Part shown: piece by piece, positions 26,874 through 37,495 of the stretch
Position numbering within the stretch: the stretch's first letter is position 1
How the letters are laid out: every line of letters starts with the position of its first letter
Sequence record: MT446390.1
Strand: one strand, 5' to 3'
Source of the DNA: Escherichia phage TH12
Length of the DNA stretch: 64,000 bases
Notes under the pieces: model-generated
Seen by the model: only the letters and a program-made list of their open reading frames with translations
Database searches by the model: none
What the model was told of the DNA's origin: nothing
Position numbers and translations under genes: made by a program

Positions 26874-27099
26874 TTATGAAATCCATCGTCATGAATTTAG
26901 TATTGGTGATGGTTATATTGGTATCGTTGAATGGACTGAGAATTACGAGGAATCAACTCCTCGTTTCTTTGGAACAATGTATGTTACCTGTGAGTACGCA
27001 CCAGGTGTTGTTATGTATGCAGAACTAGATGAATATTTTGCTGATAGGGATGACATGTTAAAATATGTAGAGGACTTCATTCGAAGAGAATACATATGA
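26860..27099 (+). CDS. Hypothetical protein (79 aa)
   Basis: Internal ATG (MTKTDYE); start uncertain (26851 or 26860). Confidence 0.5.
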   Translation: MTKTDYEIHRHEFSIGDGYIGIVEWTENYEESTPRFFGTMYVTCEYAPGVVMYAELDEYFADRDDMLKYVEDFIRREYI

Positions 27100-28784
27100 A
27101 ATCATTTAAATTAAATCGTGTTCGTTATCAAAACATCATGTCGGTAGGTGGGAATCCTATTGATATCCAATTAGATAAAGTCCAAAAGACATTAATCACT
27201 GGTAAAAATGGTGGTGGTAAATCTACGATGTTAGAAGCCATTACTTTCGGACTTTTCGGTAAACCATTTCGTGATGTTAAGAAAGGACAAATCATTAATA
27301 GCACTAACAAGAAAGAGCTCTTAGTTGAGCTTTGGATGGAATTCGATGATAAAAAATACTTCATTAAACGTGGCCAAAAGCCCAATATTTTCGAAATCTC
27401 CGTTGACGGTGTTCGTCTTGATGAATCTGCCAGCAGTCGCGACTTCCAAGAAGAATTTGAACGTAGCATCGGAATGTCATACGCGTCTTTTAAACAGATC
27501 GTTGTGCTTGGGACGGCAGGGTATACCCCTTTCATGGCTCTTAGCACCCCTGCTCGCAGAAAACTTGTTGAAGACTTATTAGAAGTTGGAATACTTGCCG
27601 AAATGGATAAAATCAATAAGTCTCAAGTTCGAGAACTTAATTCCCAGGGACAAGTTCTCGATGCCAAGAAAGATGGTGTTATCCAACAAATTAAGATTTA
27701 TAATGAGAATATCGAACGTCAAAAGAAATTATCTGGTGATAATGTAGCGCGTCTACAGAATATGTATGACGACCTAGCCAAAGAAGCTCGTTCATTAAAA
27801 GCAGAAATTGAAGAAGCTAACGAGCGTCTACTTAATATCGTTCTTGACGAAGACCCTACTGAGGCATTCAACAAGATAGGACAAGAAGCATTCTTGATTA
27901 AATCTAAAATTGACTCATATAACAAAGTTATTAAGATGTATCATGATGGCGGTACATGTCCTACTTGCGCATCACAGTTGCACCAGGGTGACCCTATTGT
28001 CTCTAAGATTACCGATAAGCTTCATGAATGTAATCACTCATTCGAGCAACTTACCTGTCACAGAGATAACCTGAGTGTCCTAGTGGACGAATATAGAGCT
28101 AATGTTAAGACTAAACAGGACCTTGCATCTGATATTCGTACCAAGAAACAAGCAATGATTGCCACTATTGATAAAGCTAAGAAAGTTAAAGCTGCAATAG
28201 AACAAGCCTCGGCGGAATTTATCGACCATGCCGATGAGATAGCTTTGCTTCAAAAAGAACTTGATAAAATCATTAAAACAAAATCGGATATCGTTCTTGA
28301 AAAATACCATCGTGGTATTATCACAGATATGTTAAAAGATTCTGGTATTAAAGGTGCTATCATTAAAAAATATGTGCCTCTGTTCAACAAGCAGATTAAC
28401 CATTATCTTAAAATCATGGAAGCCGATTACGTGTTTTCTATTGATGAAGAATTCAATGAATCTATAAAATCACGTGGTCGTGAAGAGTTCAGTTATGCTT
28501 CATTTAGTCAAGGTGAAAAGGCACGTATCGATATCGCATTGTTGTTTACATGGCGAGATATTGCTGAAAAGGTCTCTGGTGTTAGAATCAATACATTAAT
28601 TATGGACGAAGTCATGGATTCCGCGACTGATTCTGAAGGTATTAAAGCTATTTCAACAATTCTTAACTCTCTAACCGATGCAAACGTGTTTATAATTAGT
28701 CACAGAGACCATGACCCACAAGCTTATGGACAACATCTTCAAATGAGCAAAGTTGGACGATTTACTGTAATGACTGTTTCATAA
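27096..28784 (+). CDS. 46: Rad50/SbcC-like recombination ATPase gp46
   Basis: Walker A TGKNGGGKST; coiled-coil middle with CPTC zinc hook; C-terminal LIMDEV; 562 aa. Confidence 0.95.
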   Translation: MKSFKLNRVRYQNIMSVGGNPIDIQLDKVQKTLITGKNGGGKSTMLEAITFGLFGKPFRDVKKGQIINSTNKKELLVELWMEFDDKKYFIKRGQKPNIFEISVDGVRLDESASSRDFQEEFERSIGMSYASFKQIVVLGTAGYTPFMALSTPARRKLVEDLLEVGILAEMDKINKSQVRELNSQGQVLDAKKDGVIQQIKIYNENIERQKKLSGDNVARLQNMYDDLAKEARSLKAEIEEANERLLNIVLDEDPTEAFNKIGQEAFLIKSKIDSYNKVIKMYHDGGTCPTCASQLHQGDPIVSKITDKLHECNHSFEQLTCHRDNLSVLVDEYRANVKTKQDLASDIRTKKQAMIATIDKAKKVKAAIEQASAEFIDHADEIALLQKELDKIIKTKSDIVLEKYHRGIITDMLKDSGIKGAIIKKYVPLFNKQINHYLKIMEADYVFSIDEEFNESIKSRGREEFSYASFSQGEKARIDIALLFTWRDIAEKVSGVRINTLIMDEVMDSATDSEGIKAISTILNSLTDANVFIISHRDHDPQAYGQHLQMSKVGRFTVMTVS

Positions 28785-28838
28785 ACGCTTTAACACGATG
28801 TGGTTATAATGACCACATCAAATTAAATGGAGAACAAC

Positions 28839-29027
28839 ATGGAGTATTCAACCGGACAACATCTTCTTGTTGTCCCTGAAATTAAAAAATATGTTTTGAC
28901 CAATACGTTTTCAGGTGAAGAACATATTGTTACTGAACAAATGCTCAAATCTGCTTTTAAAGATGAGTATAATAAAATAATGTCTAATCGCAATTCCGCA
29001 TGGACAGTTACTGACTTCTACGAATAA
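28839..29027 (+). CDS. Hypothetical protein (62 aa)
   Basis: Internal ATG after GGAG; upstream inverted repeat gatgtggt-tataat-gaccacatc. Confidence 0.45.
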   Translation: MEYSTGQHLLVVPEIKKYVLTNTFSGEEHIVTEQMLKSAFKDEYNKIMSNRNSAWTVTDFYE

Positions 29028-29039
29028 GAGAGAAATAAT

Positions 29040-29456
29040 ATGTTTACTACTGCTAAAGGTTTCACTGCTGCTGATCTGAAAGTTACTTCTATCCGTACTG
29101 ACGCTAACCCGCATAACCATAATCGTGTTCGTAAAGCATGGGTCCTGCATTGTGATGACGCAAGTGCTAAAAAGCTTCAATCTTTGCCACAAGAAACTCG
29201 TTTTATGATTTATGGTTTTATTGATAACGATGTATCTGATATGTGGATTCATCTGATGCGTAAGCACTATAAAGATTCTATTGAAGCTGGTGGAAAAATC
29301 GTTCTTGATAAAGATGGTTCTGAGCGTCTGGAAGATTTCTACTGTGTTGATGCCGACGAACAATTAATTGCAGCTGGCGAAATTGTTGCTTCTAAAATTC
29401 CAGAATATATTGAATCACTACCTGAAGCTATTAAAAAGCAGATGGTCGCTGCATAA
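29040..29456 (+). CDS. Hypothetical protein, RpbA-like by synteny (138 aa)
   Basis: Located between 46 and 45 where T4 carries rpbA; no motif verified. Confidence 0.5.
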   Translation: MFTTAKGFTAADLKVTSIRTDANPHNHNRVRKAWVLHCDDASAKKLQSLPQETRFMIYGFIDNDVSDMWIHLMRKHYKDSIEAGGKIVLDKDGSERLEDFYCVDADEQLIAAGEIVASKIPEYIESLPEAIKKQMVAA

Positions 29457-29498
29457 TAAATTTGTTATAAACTTTGAATTGTCTTGAAAGGAAATAAA

Positions 29499-30185
29499 AT
29501 GAAACTGTCTAAAGATACTATCGCTATTCTGAAAAACTTTGCCTCTATTAACTCCGGTATTCTGCTGAGTCAAGGTAAATTTATTATGACGCGTGCAGTT
29601 AATGGCACTACTTATGCGGAAGCAAATATCTCTGATGAAATTGATTTTGACGTAGCACTTTATGATTTGAATAGCTTCTTAAGCATTTTGAGTCTAGTGT
29701 CTGACGATGCTGAAATTTCAATGCACACTGACGGCAATATTAAAATTGCCGATACGCGTTCCACAGTTTATTGGCCTGCTGCCGACAAGAGCACCATTGT
29801 TTTTCCTAATAAGCCAATTCAATTCCCAGTGGCTTCTGTGATTACTGAAATTAAAGCTGAAGACCTTCAACAATTGCTTCGAGTTTCACGTGGTCTTCAG
29901 ATTGATACAATTGCTATTACAAATAAAGATGGTAAAATTGTTATCAATGGTTACAATAAAGTTGAAGATTCTGGCTTGACTCGTCCTAAGTATTCTTTGA
30001 CTCTTACCGATTATGATGGTTCTAACAACTTTAACTTCGTAATCAACATGGCTAATATGAAAATCCAGCCAGGTAACTATAAAGTAATGTTGTGGGGAGC
30101 TGGTGATAAAGTTGCAGCCAAGTTTGAAAGCTCTCAAGTAAGTTATGTTATTGCAATGGAAGCCGATTCTACTCACGACTTCTAA
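29499..30185 (+). CDS. 45: Sliding clamp gp45
   Basis: MKLSKDTIAILKNFASINSGILL...EADSTHDF matches T4 gp45; 228 aa; track start 29484 is TTG. Confidence 0.95.
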   Translation: MKLSKDTIAILKNFASINSGILLSQGKFIMTRAVNGTTYAEANISDEIDFDVALYDLNSFLSILSLVSDDAEISMHTDGNIKIADTRSTVYWPAADKSTIVFPNKPIQFPVASVITEIKAEDLQQLLRVSRGLQIDTIAITNKDGKIVINGYNKVEDSGLTRPKYSLTLTDYDGSNNFNFVINMANMKIQPGNYKVMLWGAGDKVAAKFESSQVSYVIAMEADSTHDF

Positions 30186-30217
30186 GTCAAAGCTTTACGT
30201 TTAATGTAGTACGATTA

Positions 30218-30235
30218 TGGAGGAGAAATCCTCCA
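30218..30235 (+). promoter_or_regulatory. Stable hairpin in gene 44 leader (possible translational operator)
   Basis: tggagga-gaaa-tcctcca, 7-bp stem with GAAA loop, 25 nt upstream of ATG 30261. Confidence 0.45.
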
Positions 30236-30260
30236 GATTAATGATAATGAGGAAAATTAC

Positions 30261-31223
30261 ATGATTACTATCAATTCCAAAGAACACATTCTAGAACAGA
30301 AATATCGTCCTTCTTCCATTGACGAATGTATTCTGCCTGCGTATGACCATGAAATATTCAAGTCTTTAGTATCTAAAGGAAAACTTCCTCATATTATTTT
30401 GCACTCTCCTTCTCCTGGTACAGGTAAAACAACCGTAGCAAAAGCATTATGTAATGATATCAATGCCGAAATGATGTTCGTCAACGGTTCTGATTGTAAG
30501 ATTGATTTTGTGCGTGGTCCGTTAACTGCATTCGCTCGTTCAGTCTCAATGGAAGGCAAGCCTAAAGTTATTGTTATTGACGAATTTGACCGTAGTGGCC
30601 TTGCCGAATCACAACGTCACCTTCGTACGTTTATGGAAGAATTCTCTAGTAACTGCTCTATTATTATCACTGCTAACAATATTGATGGAATTATTGAACC
30701 ATTACGTAGTCGTTGTCGAGTTATCGAATTCGGTCGTCCGACTGAAGAAGATAAAATCTCGATGATGAAGAAAATGATTCATCGTATGGTTGAAATCTGT
30801 AAGAACGAAAATATCGAAATCGCTGATATGAAAGTTGTTGCAGCTCTGGTTAAAAAGAACTTCCCAGACTTTCGTCGTACAATTGGCCAATTAGACCAGT
30901 ACTCGTCTAAAGGTGTTCTTGATGCAGGTATTCTGTCTATCGTAACTAATGACCGTGGCACAGTCTCCGATGTTATCGAAGCAATGAAGAACAAAGATAT
31001 CAAACAACTTCGTGCATTAGCTCCAAAATATGCTGCAGATTATTCATGGTTCATCGATAAATTAGTTTCAGAATGTTATGATCAAGTTGCACCTGGTAAA
31101 AGTATTATTTCGCTTTACGAAATTGCAGGCGAAAATAATAAGTTTCATGGACTAGCAAGTAATATTGAATTACATGTTATGTATATGCTTCTTCAACTGA
31201 CCTGCGAACTGACTTGGAAATAA
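30261..31223 (+). CDS. 44: Clamp-loader large subunit gp44 (AAA+)
   Basis: Walker [12 protein letters not shown], Walker B VIVIDEFD; 320 aa. Confidence 0.95.
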   Translation: MITINSKEHILEQKYRPSSIDECILPAYDHEIFKSLVSKGKLPHIILHSPSPGTGKTTVAKALCNDINAEMMFVNGSDCKIDFVRGPLTAFARSVSMEGKPKVIVIDEFDRSGLAESQRHLRTFMEEFSSNCSIIITANNIDGIIEPLRSRCRVIEFGRPTEEDKISMMKKMIHRMVEICKNENIEIADMKVVAALVKKNFPDFRRTIGQLDQYSSKGVLDAGILSIVTNDRGTVSDVIEAMKNKDIKQLRALAPKYAADYSWFIDKLVSECYDQVAPGKSIISLYEIAGENNKFHGLASNIELHVMYMLLQLTCELTWK

Positions 31224-31224
31224 T

Positions 31225-31788
31225 ATGAACTTATTCGATGATGACGTCCAGCTTAACGAGCACCAAATTGCATGGAAGTCTAATGACGCTGATGCGATTC
31301 AAAAATGTGCTGATATGTTTAAAGAAAAACCTGAGAATGAATTCTTTAAAATCATTAATGCTATTAATGAAAAGAAATCTATGTCAATTGCTCAGGTCGA
31401 CTACTCAAAATTTATGGTTGAGAACTCATTATCACAGTTTCCAGAATGTATGCCAGCCGTTTACATGATGAACTTAGTCGGTTCTGAATTAAGTGATGAA
31501 GCGCACTTCAACTATATGATGGCGGCAATTCCACGTGGTCGTCGATTCTCTAAATGGGCTAAACTAGTCGAAGACACTTCAGAGTTACTAGTTATCAAAC
31601 TGTTGATGAAACATTACACAATCAACATGAATGATGCTACCGAGTATAAGCGGCTCCTTGAAAAAAATAACAAGTTGCCAATAGTCCTTAAAGAACTGAA
31701 GGCCATGGTCACTGATGAATTTCTCAAAGAAGTTACTAAAAACGTAAAAGAACAAAAACAATTTAAAAAATTAGCATTGGAATGGTAA
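31225..31788 (+). CDS. 62: Clamp-loader small subunit gp62
   Basis: Directly downstream of 44, upstream of regA as in T4; 187 aa. Confidence 0.85.
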   Translation: MNLFDDDVQLNEHQIAWKSNDADAIQKCADMFKEKPENEFFKIINAINEKKSMSIAQVDYSKFMVENSLSQFPECMPAVYMMNLVGSELSDEAHFNYMMAAIPRGRRFSKWAKLVEDTSELLVIKLLMKHYTINMNDATEYKRLLEKNNKLPIVLKELKAMVTDEFLKEVTKNVKEQKQFKKLALEW

Positions 31789-31790
31789 AA

Positions 31791-32159
31791 ATGATTGAAA
31801 TTAAATTGAAGAACCCTGAAGATTTTCTGAAAGTCAAAGAGACTCTAACCCGTATGGGCATCGCTAATAACAAAGATAAAGTCCTTTATCAGTCCTGTCA
31901 TATCCTCCAAAAGCAAGGTAAATATTACATCGTCCACTTTAAAGAAATGCTGCGTATGGACGGACGTCAGGTTGATATTGATGGTGAAGACTATCAGCGA
32001 CGTGATTCGATTGCTCAGCTGCTTGAAGACTGGGGATTGATTGTTATTGAAGACTCTGCTCGTGAAGATCTGTTTGGCCTGACTAATAACTTCCGTGTTA
32101 TCTCTTTTAAACAGAAAGATGACTGGACTTTGAAAGCAAAATACACAATTGGTAATTAA
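31791..32159 (+). CDS. regA: Translational repressor RegA
   Basis: MIEIKLKNPEDFLKVKETLTRMGIANNKDKVLYQSCHILQK...NNFRVISFKQK matches T4 RegA; 122 aa. Confidence 0.9.
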   Translation: MIEIKLKNPEDFLKVKETLTRMGIANNKDKVLYQSCHILQKQGKYYIVHFKEMLRMDGRQVDIDGEDYQRRDSIAQLLEDWGLIVIEDSAREDLFGLTNNFRVISFKQKDDWTLKAKYTIGN

Positions 32160-32162
32160 AGC

Positions 32163-32193
32163 AATGGGACTTCGGTCCCATTTGGAGTATAAT
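32163..32193 (+). promoter_or_regulatory. UUCG hairpin followed by GGAG-TATAAT (-10-like) upstream of gene 43
   Basis: aatgggac-ttcg-gtcccatt 32163-32182; tataat 32188-32193. Confidence 0.45.
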
Positions 32194-32240
32194 AAGTTCA
32201 TCAACAAACAAAAGACAATAACTCGTCTAAAGGAAATTAA

Positions 32241-34952
32241 ATGAAAGAATTTTACTTAACGGTTGAACAGATTGGTGATTCAATTTTTGAACGTTACATC
32301 GATTCTAATGGCCGTGAACGTACTCGTGAAGTAGAATATAAACCATCGTTGTTTGCACATTGTCCAGAAAGTCAGGCTACTAAATATTTCGATATCTACG
32401 GTAAACCTTGTACTCGTAAGTTGTTCGCTAATATGCGTGATGCCTCCCAATGGATTAAACGCATGGAAGATATCGGACTTGAAGCACTTGGCATGGACGA
32501 TTTCAAATTGGCGTATTTGTCTGACACTTATAACTATGAAATCAAATACGACCATACAAAAATTCGTGTGGCTAACTTCGACATCGAAGTAACATCTCCG
32601 GATGGGTTCCCTGAGCCGTCACAAGCAAAACATCCGATTGATGCTATCACCCATTATGACTCAATTGACGACAGGTTCTACGTATTTGATCTATTGAATT
32701 CTCCGTATGGTAATGTAGAAGAATGGTCTATCGAAATTGCGGCTAAGCTTCAAGAACAAGGCGGTGATGAAGTTCCATCTGAAATTATCGATAAAATCAT
32801 TTATATGCCATTCGATAACGAAAAAGAATTGTTGATGGAATATCTCAACTTCTGGCAACAGAAAACTCCTGTCATTTTGACTGGATGGAACGTTGAGTCA
32901 TTTGATATTCCATATGTGTATAACCGAATCAAGAATATTTTTGGCGAATCTACTGCGAAACGTTTATCACCACATCGTAAAACTCGTGTTAAAGTTATCG
33001 AAAACATGTATGGTTCTCGTGAAATCATTACATTGTTCGGTATCTCTGTTCTTGATTACATTGACCTTTACAAAAAATTCTCTTTTACCAATCAACCGTC
33101 GTATTCTCTGGATTACATTTCAGAATTTGAATTGAACGTTGGTAAACTGAAATATGACGGCCCTATTTCTAAGCTTCGTGAAAGCAATCACCAACGATAT
33201 ATAAGCTATAACATCATCGACGTGTATCGTGTATTGCAAATTGATGCTAAGCGCCAGTTCATCAACTTGAGTTTGGACATGGGTTATTATGCTAAGATAC
33301 AGATTCAATCTGTGTTTAGCCCAATTAAAACATGGGATGCTATTATTTTTAATAGCCTTAAAGAGCAGAACAAGGTGATTCCACAAGGTCGTTCTCACCC
33401 GGTTCAACCTTATCCTGGCGCTTTTGTTAAGGAACCTATTCCAAATCGATACAAATATGTAATGAGTTTCGACCTTACATCTCTGTATCCAAGTATTATT
33501 CGCCAAGTGAATATTAGCCCAGAAACAATAGCAGGAACGTTTAAAGTAGCTCCATTGCATGATTATATTAACGCAATCGCTGAACGTCCTTCAGATGTGT
33601 ACAGTTGCTCCCCTAACGGCATGATGTATTATAAAGACCGTGATGGTGTAGTTCCAACTGAAATCACTAAGGTCTTTAATCAACGTAAAGAACATAAAGG
33701 TTACATGCTTGCAGCTCAACGTAATGGTGAAATAATTAAAGAGGCATTGCATAATCCTAATCTTTCTGTTGACGAACCATTAGATGTTGATTATCGTTTC
33801 GACTTCACTGATGAGATTAAAGAAAAGATTAAAAAGTTGTCTGCTAAATCTCTTAATGAAATGTTGTTTAGAGCTCAACGTACTGAAGTTGCAGGTATGA
33901 CTGCACAGATTAACCGTAAATTGCTCATCAACTCACTTTATGGTGCACTTGGCAACGTTTGGTTCCGTTATTATGATTTGCGTAATGCTACTGCAATCAC
34001 AACATTTGGTCAAATGGCTTTACAATGGATTGAACGTAAAGTTAATGAATATCTGAACGAAGTTTGTGGTACAGAAGGTGAAGCTTTCGTTCTTTATGGT
34101 GATACAGACTCTATTTACGTATCTGCAGATAAAATTATTGATAAGGTTGGTGAATCTAAATTCCGTGATACCAACCATTGGGTAGACTTCTTAGATAAGT
34201 TCGCACGTGAACGTATGGAACCAGCTATTGATAAAGGTTTCCGTGAAATGTGTGAATACATGAACAATAAACAACACTTAATGTTCATGGACCGAGAAGC
34301 TATCGCTGGTCCTCCGCTTGGTTCTAAAGGTATTGGCGGATTCTGGACTGGTAAGAAACGTTATGCATTAAACGTGTGGGATATGGAAGGAACCAGATAC
34401 GCTGAGCCTAAACTCAAAATCATGGGTCTCGAAACACAGAAATCTTCGACCCCTAAAGCAGTACAGAAAGCTCTTAAAGAATGTATTCGCCGTATGCTTC
34501 AAGAAGGTGAAGAATCATTACAAGAATATTTTAAAGAGTTTGAAAAAGAATTCCGTCAATTGAATTATATTAGCATCGCGTCGGTATCTTCTGCGAATAA
34601 CATTGCTAAATATGACGTTGGTGGATTCCCTGGTCCTAAATGTCCGTTCCATATTCGTGGAATTCTGACATATAACCGAGCTATCAAAGGTAATATTGAT
34701 GCTCCACAAGTTGTAGAAGGCGAAAAGGTATACGTTCTGCCTTTACGTGATGGAAACCCGTTCGGTGATAAATGTATCGCATGGCCTTCTGGTACTGAAA
34801 TCACAGATTTAATTAAAGACGACGTACTTCATTGGATGGACTACACTGTTCTCCTTGAGAAGACATTTATTAAACCACTTGAAGGATTCACATCAGCAGC
34901 GAAACTCGATTACGAGAAGAAAGCATCTCTGTTCGATATGTTCGATTTTTGA
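32241..34952 (+). CDS. 43: DNA polymerase (family B) gp43
   Basis: 903 aa; N-terminus MKEFYLTVEQIGDSIFERYIDSNGRERTREVEYKPSLF matches recalled RB69 gp43; exo FDIEV, pol motifs DxxSLYPS and YGDTDS. Confidence 0.98.
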   Translation: MKEFYLTVEQIGDSIFERYIDSNGRERTREVEYKPSLFAHCPESQATKYFDIYGKPCTRKLFANMRDASQWIKRMEDIGLEALGMDDFKLAYLSDTYNYEIKYDHTKIRVANFDIEVTSPDGFPEPSQAKHPIDAITHYDSIDDRFYVFDLLNSPYGNVEEWSIEIAAKLQEQGGDEVPSEIIDKIIYMPFDNEKELLMEYLNFWQQKTPVILTGWNVESFDIPYVYNRIKNIFGESTAKRLSPHRKTRVKVIENMYGSREIITLFGISVLDYIDLYKKFSFTNQPSYSLDYISEFELNVGKLKYDGPISKLRESNHQRYISYNIIDVYRVLQIDAKRQFINLSLDMGYYAKIQIQSVFSPIKTWDAIIFNSLKEQNKVIPQGRSHPVQPYPGAFVKEPIPNRYKYVMSFDLTSLYPSIIRQVNISPETIAGTFKVAPLHDYINAIAERPSDVYSCSPNGMMYYKDRDGVVPTEITKVFNQRKEHKGYMLAAQRNGEIIKEALHNPNLSVDEPLDVDYRFDFTDEIKEKIKKLSAKSLNEMLFRAQRTEVAGMTAQINRKLLINSLYGALGNVWFRYYDLRNATAITTFGQMALQWIERKVNEYLNEVCGTEGEAFVLYGDTDSIYVSADKIIDKVGESKFRDTNHWVDFLDKFARERMEPAIDKGFREMCEYMNNKQHLMFMDREAIAGPPLGSKGIGGFWTGKKRYALNVWDMEGTRYAEPKLKIMGLETQKSSTPKAVQKALKECIRRMLQEGEESLQEYFKEFEKEFRQLNYISIASVSSANNIAKYDVGGFPGPKCPFHIRGILTYNRAIKGNIDAPQVVEGEKVYVLPLRDGNPFGDKCIAWPSGTEITDLIKDDVLHWMDYTVLLEKTFIKPLEGFTSAAKLDYEKKASLFDMFDF

Positions 34953-34992
34953 TATAATGCCATGGACGGTAAACTAATTAAATGAGAGAAAT

Positions 34993-35628
34993 ATGAAAAC
35001 TACACCAATCACTATCGCTATTGACGCAATCGTAAAACAAGCTTCATCTCTTGCCACTATGGCTAAAGTAATTAGTCAAAACTCTGCCCGATATAATGCT
35101 ATTCTTGAAACTCTTCGTCGCCCTGGACTGAGTAATTATGAAAGCCGAGTAATTATTACAGGTGTTGGTAAGAACGCTAATATCGCAACTAAAGCTTCCG
35201 AGACTTTTGCTTCACTAGGTATTCCTAGCATGTATTTGAACACCGGGCATTATTCTCATGGCGACGCAGGGTTTATTGCACCTAATGATGTATTAGTTCA
35301 CATCAGTCGTTCTGGTAAGACTGAAGAAATGATAGGTGTTGCTAAACATCTTCGTATGATTCGTCCTCAGGTTAAACAGATTCTGTTACATTGTAACCCT
35401 GACATTCCGCAAGAATACGAAGCTCTTTTTGATTATACGTTCTGTACAGGCATCGCGGTAGAGGTTGATGAGAATTCTCTGGCTCCGACCATGTCCACTA
35501 CATTGTTGTTAGCGCTTATCGATACGTTTGCTATCAACCTTTCGTCTGAACGTGGATTTACCTCTAATGACTTCCTTAAGTTCCACCCTGGTGGTGCACT
35601 AGGTGCCATGTTACGAGGCGAACAATGA
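34993..35628 (+). CDS. SIS-domain sugar-phosphate isomerase (arabinose-5-phosphate isomerase-like)
   Basis: SIS motifs ITGVGKNANIATK, SRSGKTEE, HPGGALG; 211 aa. Confidence 0.8.
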   Translation: MKTTPITIAIDAIVKQASSLATMAKVISQNSARYNAILETLRRPGLSNYESRVIITGVGKNANIATKASETFASLGIPSMYLNTGHYSHGDAGFIAPNDVLVHISRSGKTEEMIGVAKHLRMIRPQVKQILLHCNPDIPQEYEALFDYTFCTGIAVEVDENSLAPTMSTTLLLALIDTFAINLSSERGFTSNDFLKFHPGGALGAMLRGEQ

Positions 35629-35768
35629 AAGCAATAACAATAGGACTTTTACTATTGATGCTTGTCATGACTATCTACTGGAGCTTAACGGCTCCAGTAA
35701 TGATTCCGACTCTTATAATCGGATGGATTATGATTGGACTACAAACAAAGTATGAATGCTTTAACTAG
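35625..35768 (+). CDS. Small membrane peptide (47 aa), uncertain
   Basis: ATGA overlap with SIS gene stop; hydrophobic; below track cutoff. Confidence 0.4.
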   Translation: MKAITIGLLLLMLVMTIYWSLTAPVMIPTLIIGWIMIGLQTKYECFN

Positions 35769-35809
35769 AATAGTGTACAATACACCTACTTACCAATGAG
35801 GACCACAAC

Positions 35810-37495
35810 ATGAAAAAAGCTGTTATTCTTGGTGCTGGACTGGCAACTCGTTTGTATCCAATAACGCACCATATTCCTAAGGTGCTTGTTAACTATAAAC
35901 AAGACACTATTCTGAGCAATTTGTATACAATTTATTCTGACCTTGGTGCAGATGAAATTATTGTAGTAGTTCATTCAAAATTTGTTGAAACTGTTCGAGC
36001 TTATTGTGAGCAAGAAGGGTTCAATGTGACTATTCGTACAGTTGATGAAGCGTATGGTTCTGCTTATGCTCTTGCTAAATTATACAAAGATTTAGATGGC
36101 CATAATGTAATTGTTAACTGGTGTGATATTATTCCTGATTTTGGTTCATGGTCTTGGAATGTTAACGCAATCTATGTTAAGGGTGACGAATGTCGATATA
36201 ATTTCGACGGTGAAAATATCACTAGCGTAGGTTCAACAGGTGGTAATGTTGTAGGAATTTATCAGTTCAAAGACTGGGAATTCTATATGGGTTCTACTGA
36301 TGAGGAAATTCATGAATACTGCAAAGGACGTGATTTCGTAGAATTCCTTTACGGCAGCGCATTCAATAAATCAGAGCTTATGAATCTAATTGATTTAGGT
36401 GATATGCCTAAACTTGAAAAAGCTCATGAAGTTCGTGAACTTAATCGTAGTTTTAATGCAGTTGAAATTGGTGAAGAAACTGTAACTAAATTCGCATTAA
36501 CCGAACAGGGCCGAGCTCTTCAGAAAGATGAGATTTCATGGTATCTTAAAGTGAAATCAGATTCAGTTCCTCAGTTAGTTTCTGTTAATGAAAATAACTT
36601 TGAAATGGAACGCATTAAAGGTAAGCCGGCATTTGAATATATTAAATCCAAATCGAGTCTTGCTCGTCCACAAATTGTTGATGCAATTTTAGATGCACTG
36701 AAATTCAGCACAGACACTTATTTTGTAAGTCCTGAAACTGTTCGTCGTGATTTCACTAAAGAATTCTATACGAAAGTTATTGATCGTTGTGAAAGCATTC
36801 AACCATTGATTGATTCATTTGGTAAAATCACACATGTGAACTACACTAAGATTGGACGTCTGAAGCCAATGCTGAAACAAGCTTTAGAACACCTTATTCG
36901 TTATCATAACCGTTCTCAGGGACAGTACTCTGTTATTCATGGTGACCCGAACTTCAGTAATACTATGATTACTGATAACGGCGAAGTCAAGTTTATCGAC
37001 CCTCGTGGATATTTTGGCGAAACCAAGATTTACGGGCCAAAATTGTACGATGAAGCTAAAGTGCTTTATGCTGTTTCAGGTTATGATGAATTCAATGCTA
37101 ATCCGACCTGGGGACAGTTTACTATTGATGAAACAACTTGTAATGTGACTATTAACATCAATCCATTAATTTACAAATATGGAAAGATGAGTTCGTTTAA
37201 CGAGTATCATCATTTGGCGGTGGCAATTATCTGGATTGCATTAGGTGGTTATTTCAAGAATAATCCACTTAAAGCGGTAGCCGCATATTATAAAGGTATG
37301 GAACTTCTGACTAAGCAATTACGCAACATGGGCCGTGTACTTCAAGACGGCTCTATTAGTTATGACGTAGCAGAACCTGTAACGGCTACTCTGATTACAA
37401 AAAATCCTGGTAAATGGGTACTAACTGATAAAGAAACTGGTGTTTCCTATCGTCCAATCGGTGGCGATATCACTCATCAATGGGAACGAATCTAA
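35810..37495 (+). CDS. Bifunctional sugar-1-phosphate nucleotidyltransferase / APH-fold sugar kinase
   Basis: N-term AVILGAGLATRLYPITHHIPKVLV (NDP-sugar pyrophosphorylase G-loop); C-term VIHGDPNFSNTMI...FIDPRG (APH/choline-kinase-type motifs); 561 aa. Confidence 0.75.
   Translation: MKKAVILGAGLATRLYPITHHIPKVLVNYKQDTILSNLYTIYSDLGADEIIVVVHSKFVETVRAYCEQEGFNVTIRTVDEAYGSAYALAKLYKDLDGHNVIVNWCDIIPDFGSWSWNVNAIYVKGDECRYNFDGENITSVGSTGGNVVGIYQFKDWEFYMGSTDEEIHEYCKGRDFVEFLYGSAFNKSELMNLIDLGDMPKLEKAHEVRELNRSFNAVEIGEETVTKFALTEQGRALQKDEISWYLKVKSDSVPQLVSVNENNFEMERIKGKPAFEYIKSKSSLARPQIVDAILDALKFSTDTYFVSPETVRRDFTKEFYTKVIDRCESIQPLIDSFGKITHVNYTKIGRLKPMLKQALEHLIRYHNRSQGQYSVIHGDPNFSNTMITDNGEVKFIDPRGYFGETKIYGPKLYDEAKVLYAVSGYDEFNANPTWGQFTIDETTCNVTININPLIYKYGKMSSFNEYHHLAVAIIWIALGGYFKNNPLKAVAAYYKGMELLTKQLRNMGRVLQDGSISYDVAEPVTATLITKNPGKWVLTDKETGVSYRPIGGDITHQWERI

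Noticed and set aside
27128-27616. Minus-strand ORF (162 aa) inside gene 46
   Set aside because: Antisense to a conserved Rad50-like gene; no independent support.
28911-29363. Minus-strand ORF (150 aa) spanning the 46 to rpbA-like interval
   Set aside because: Overlaps two plus-strand genes on the opposite strand; low-complexity translation.
33120-33560. Minus-strand ORF (146 aa) inside DNA polymerase gene 43
   Set aside because: Antisense to a highly conserved gene; treated as spurious.
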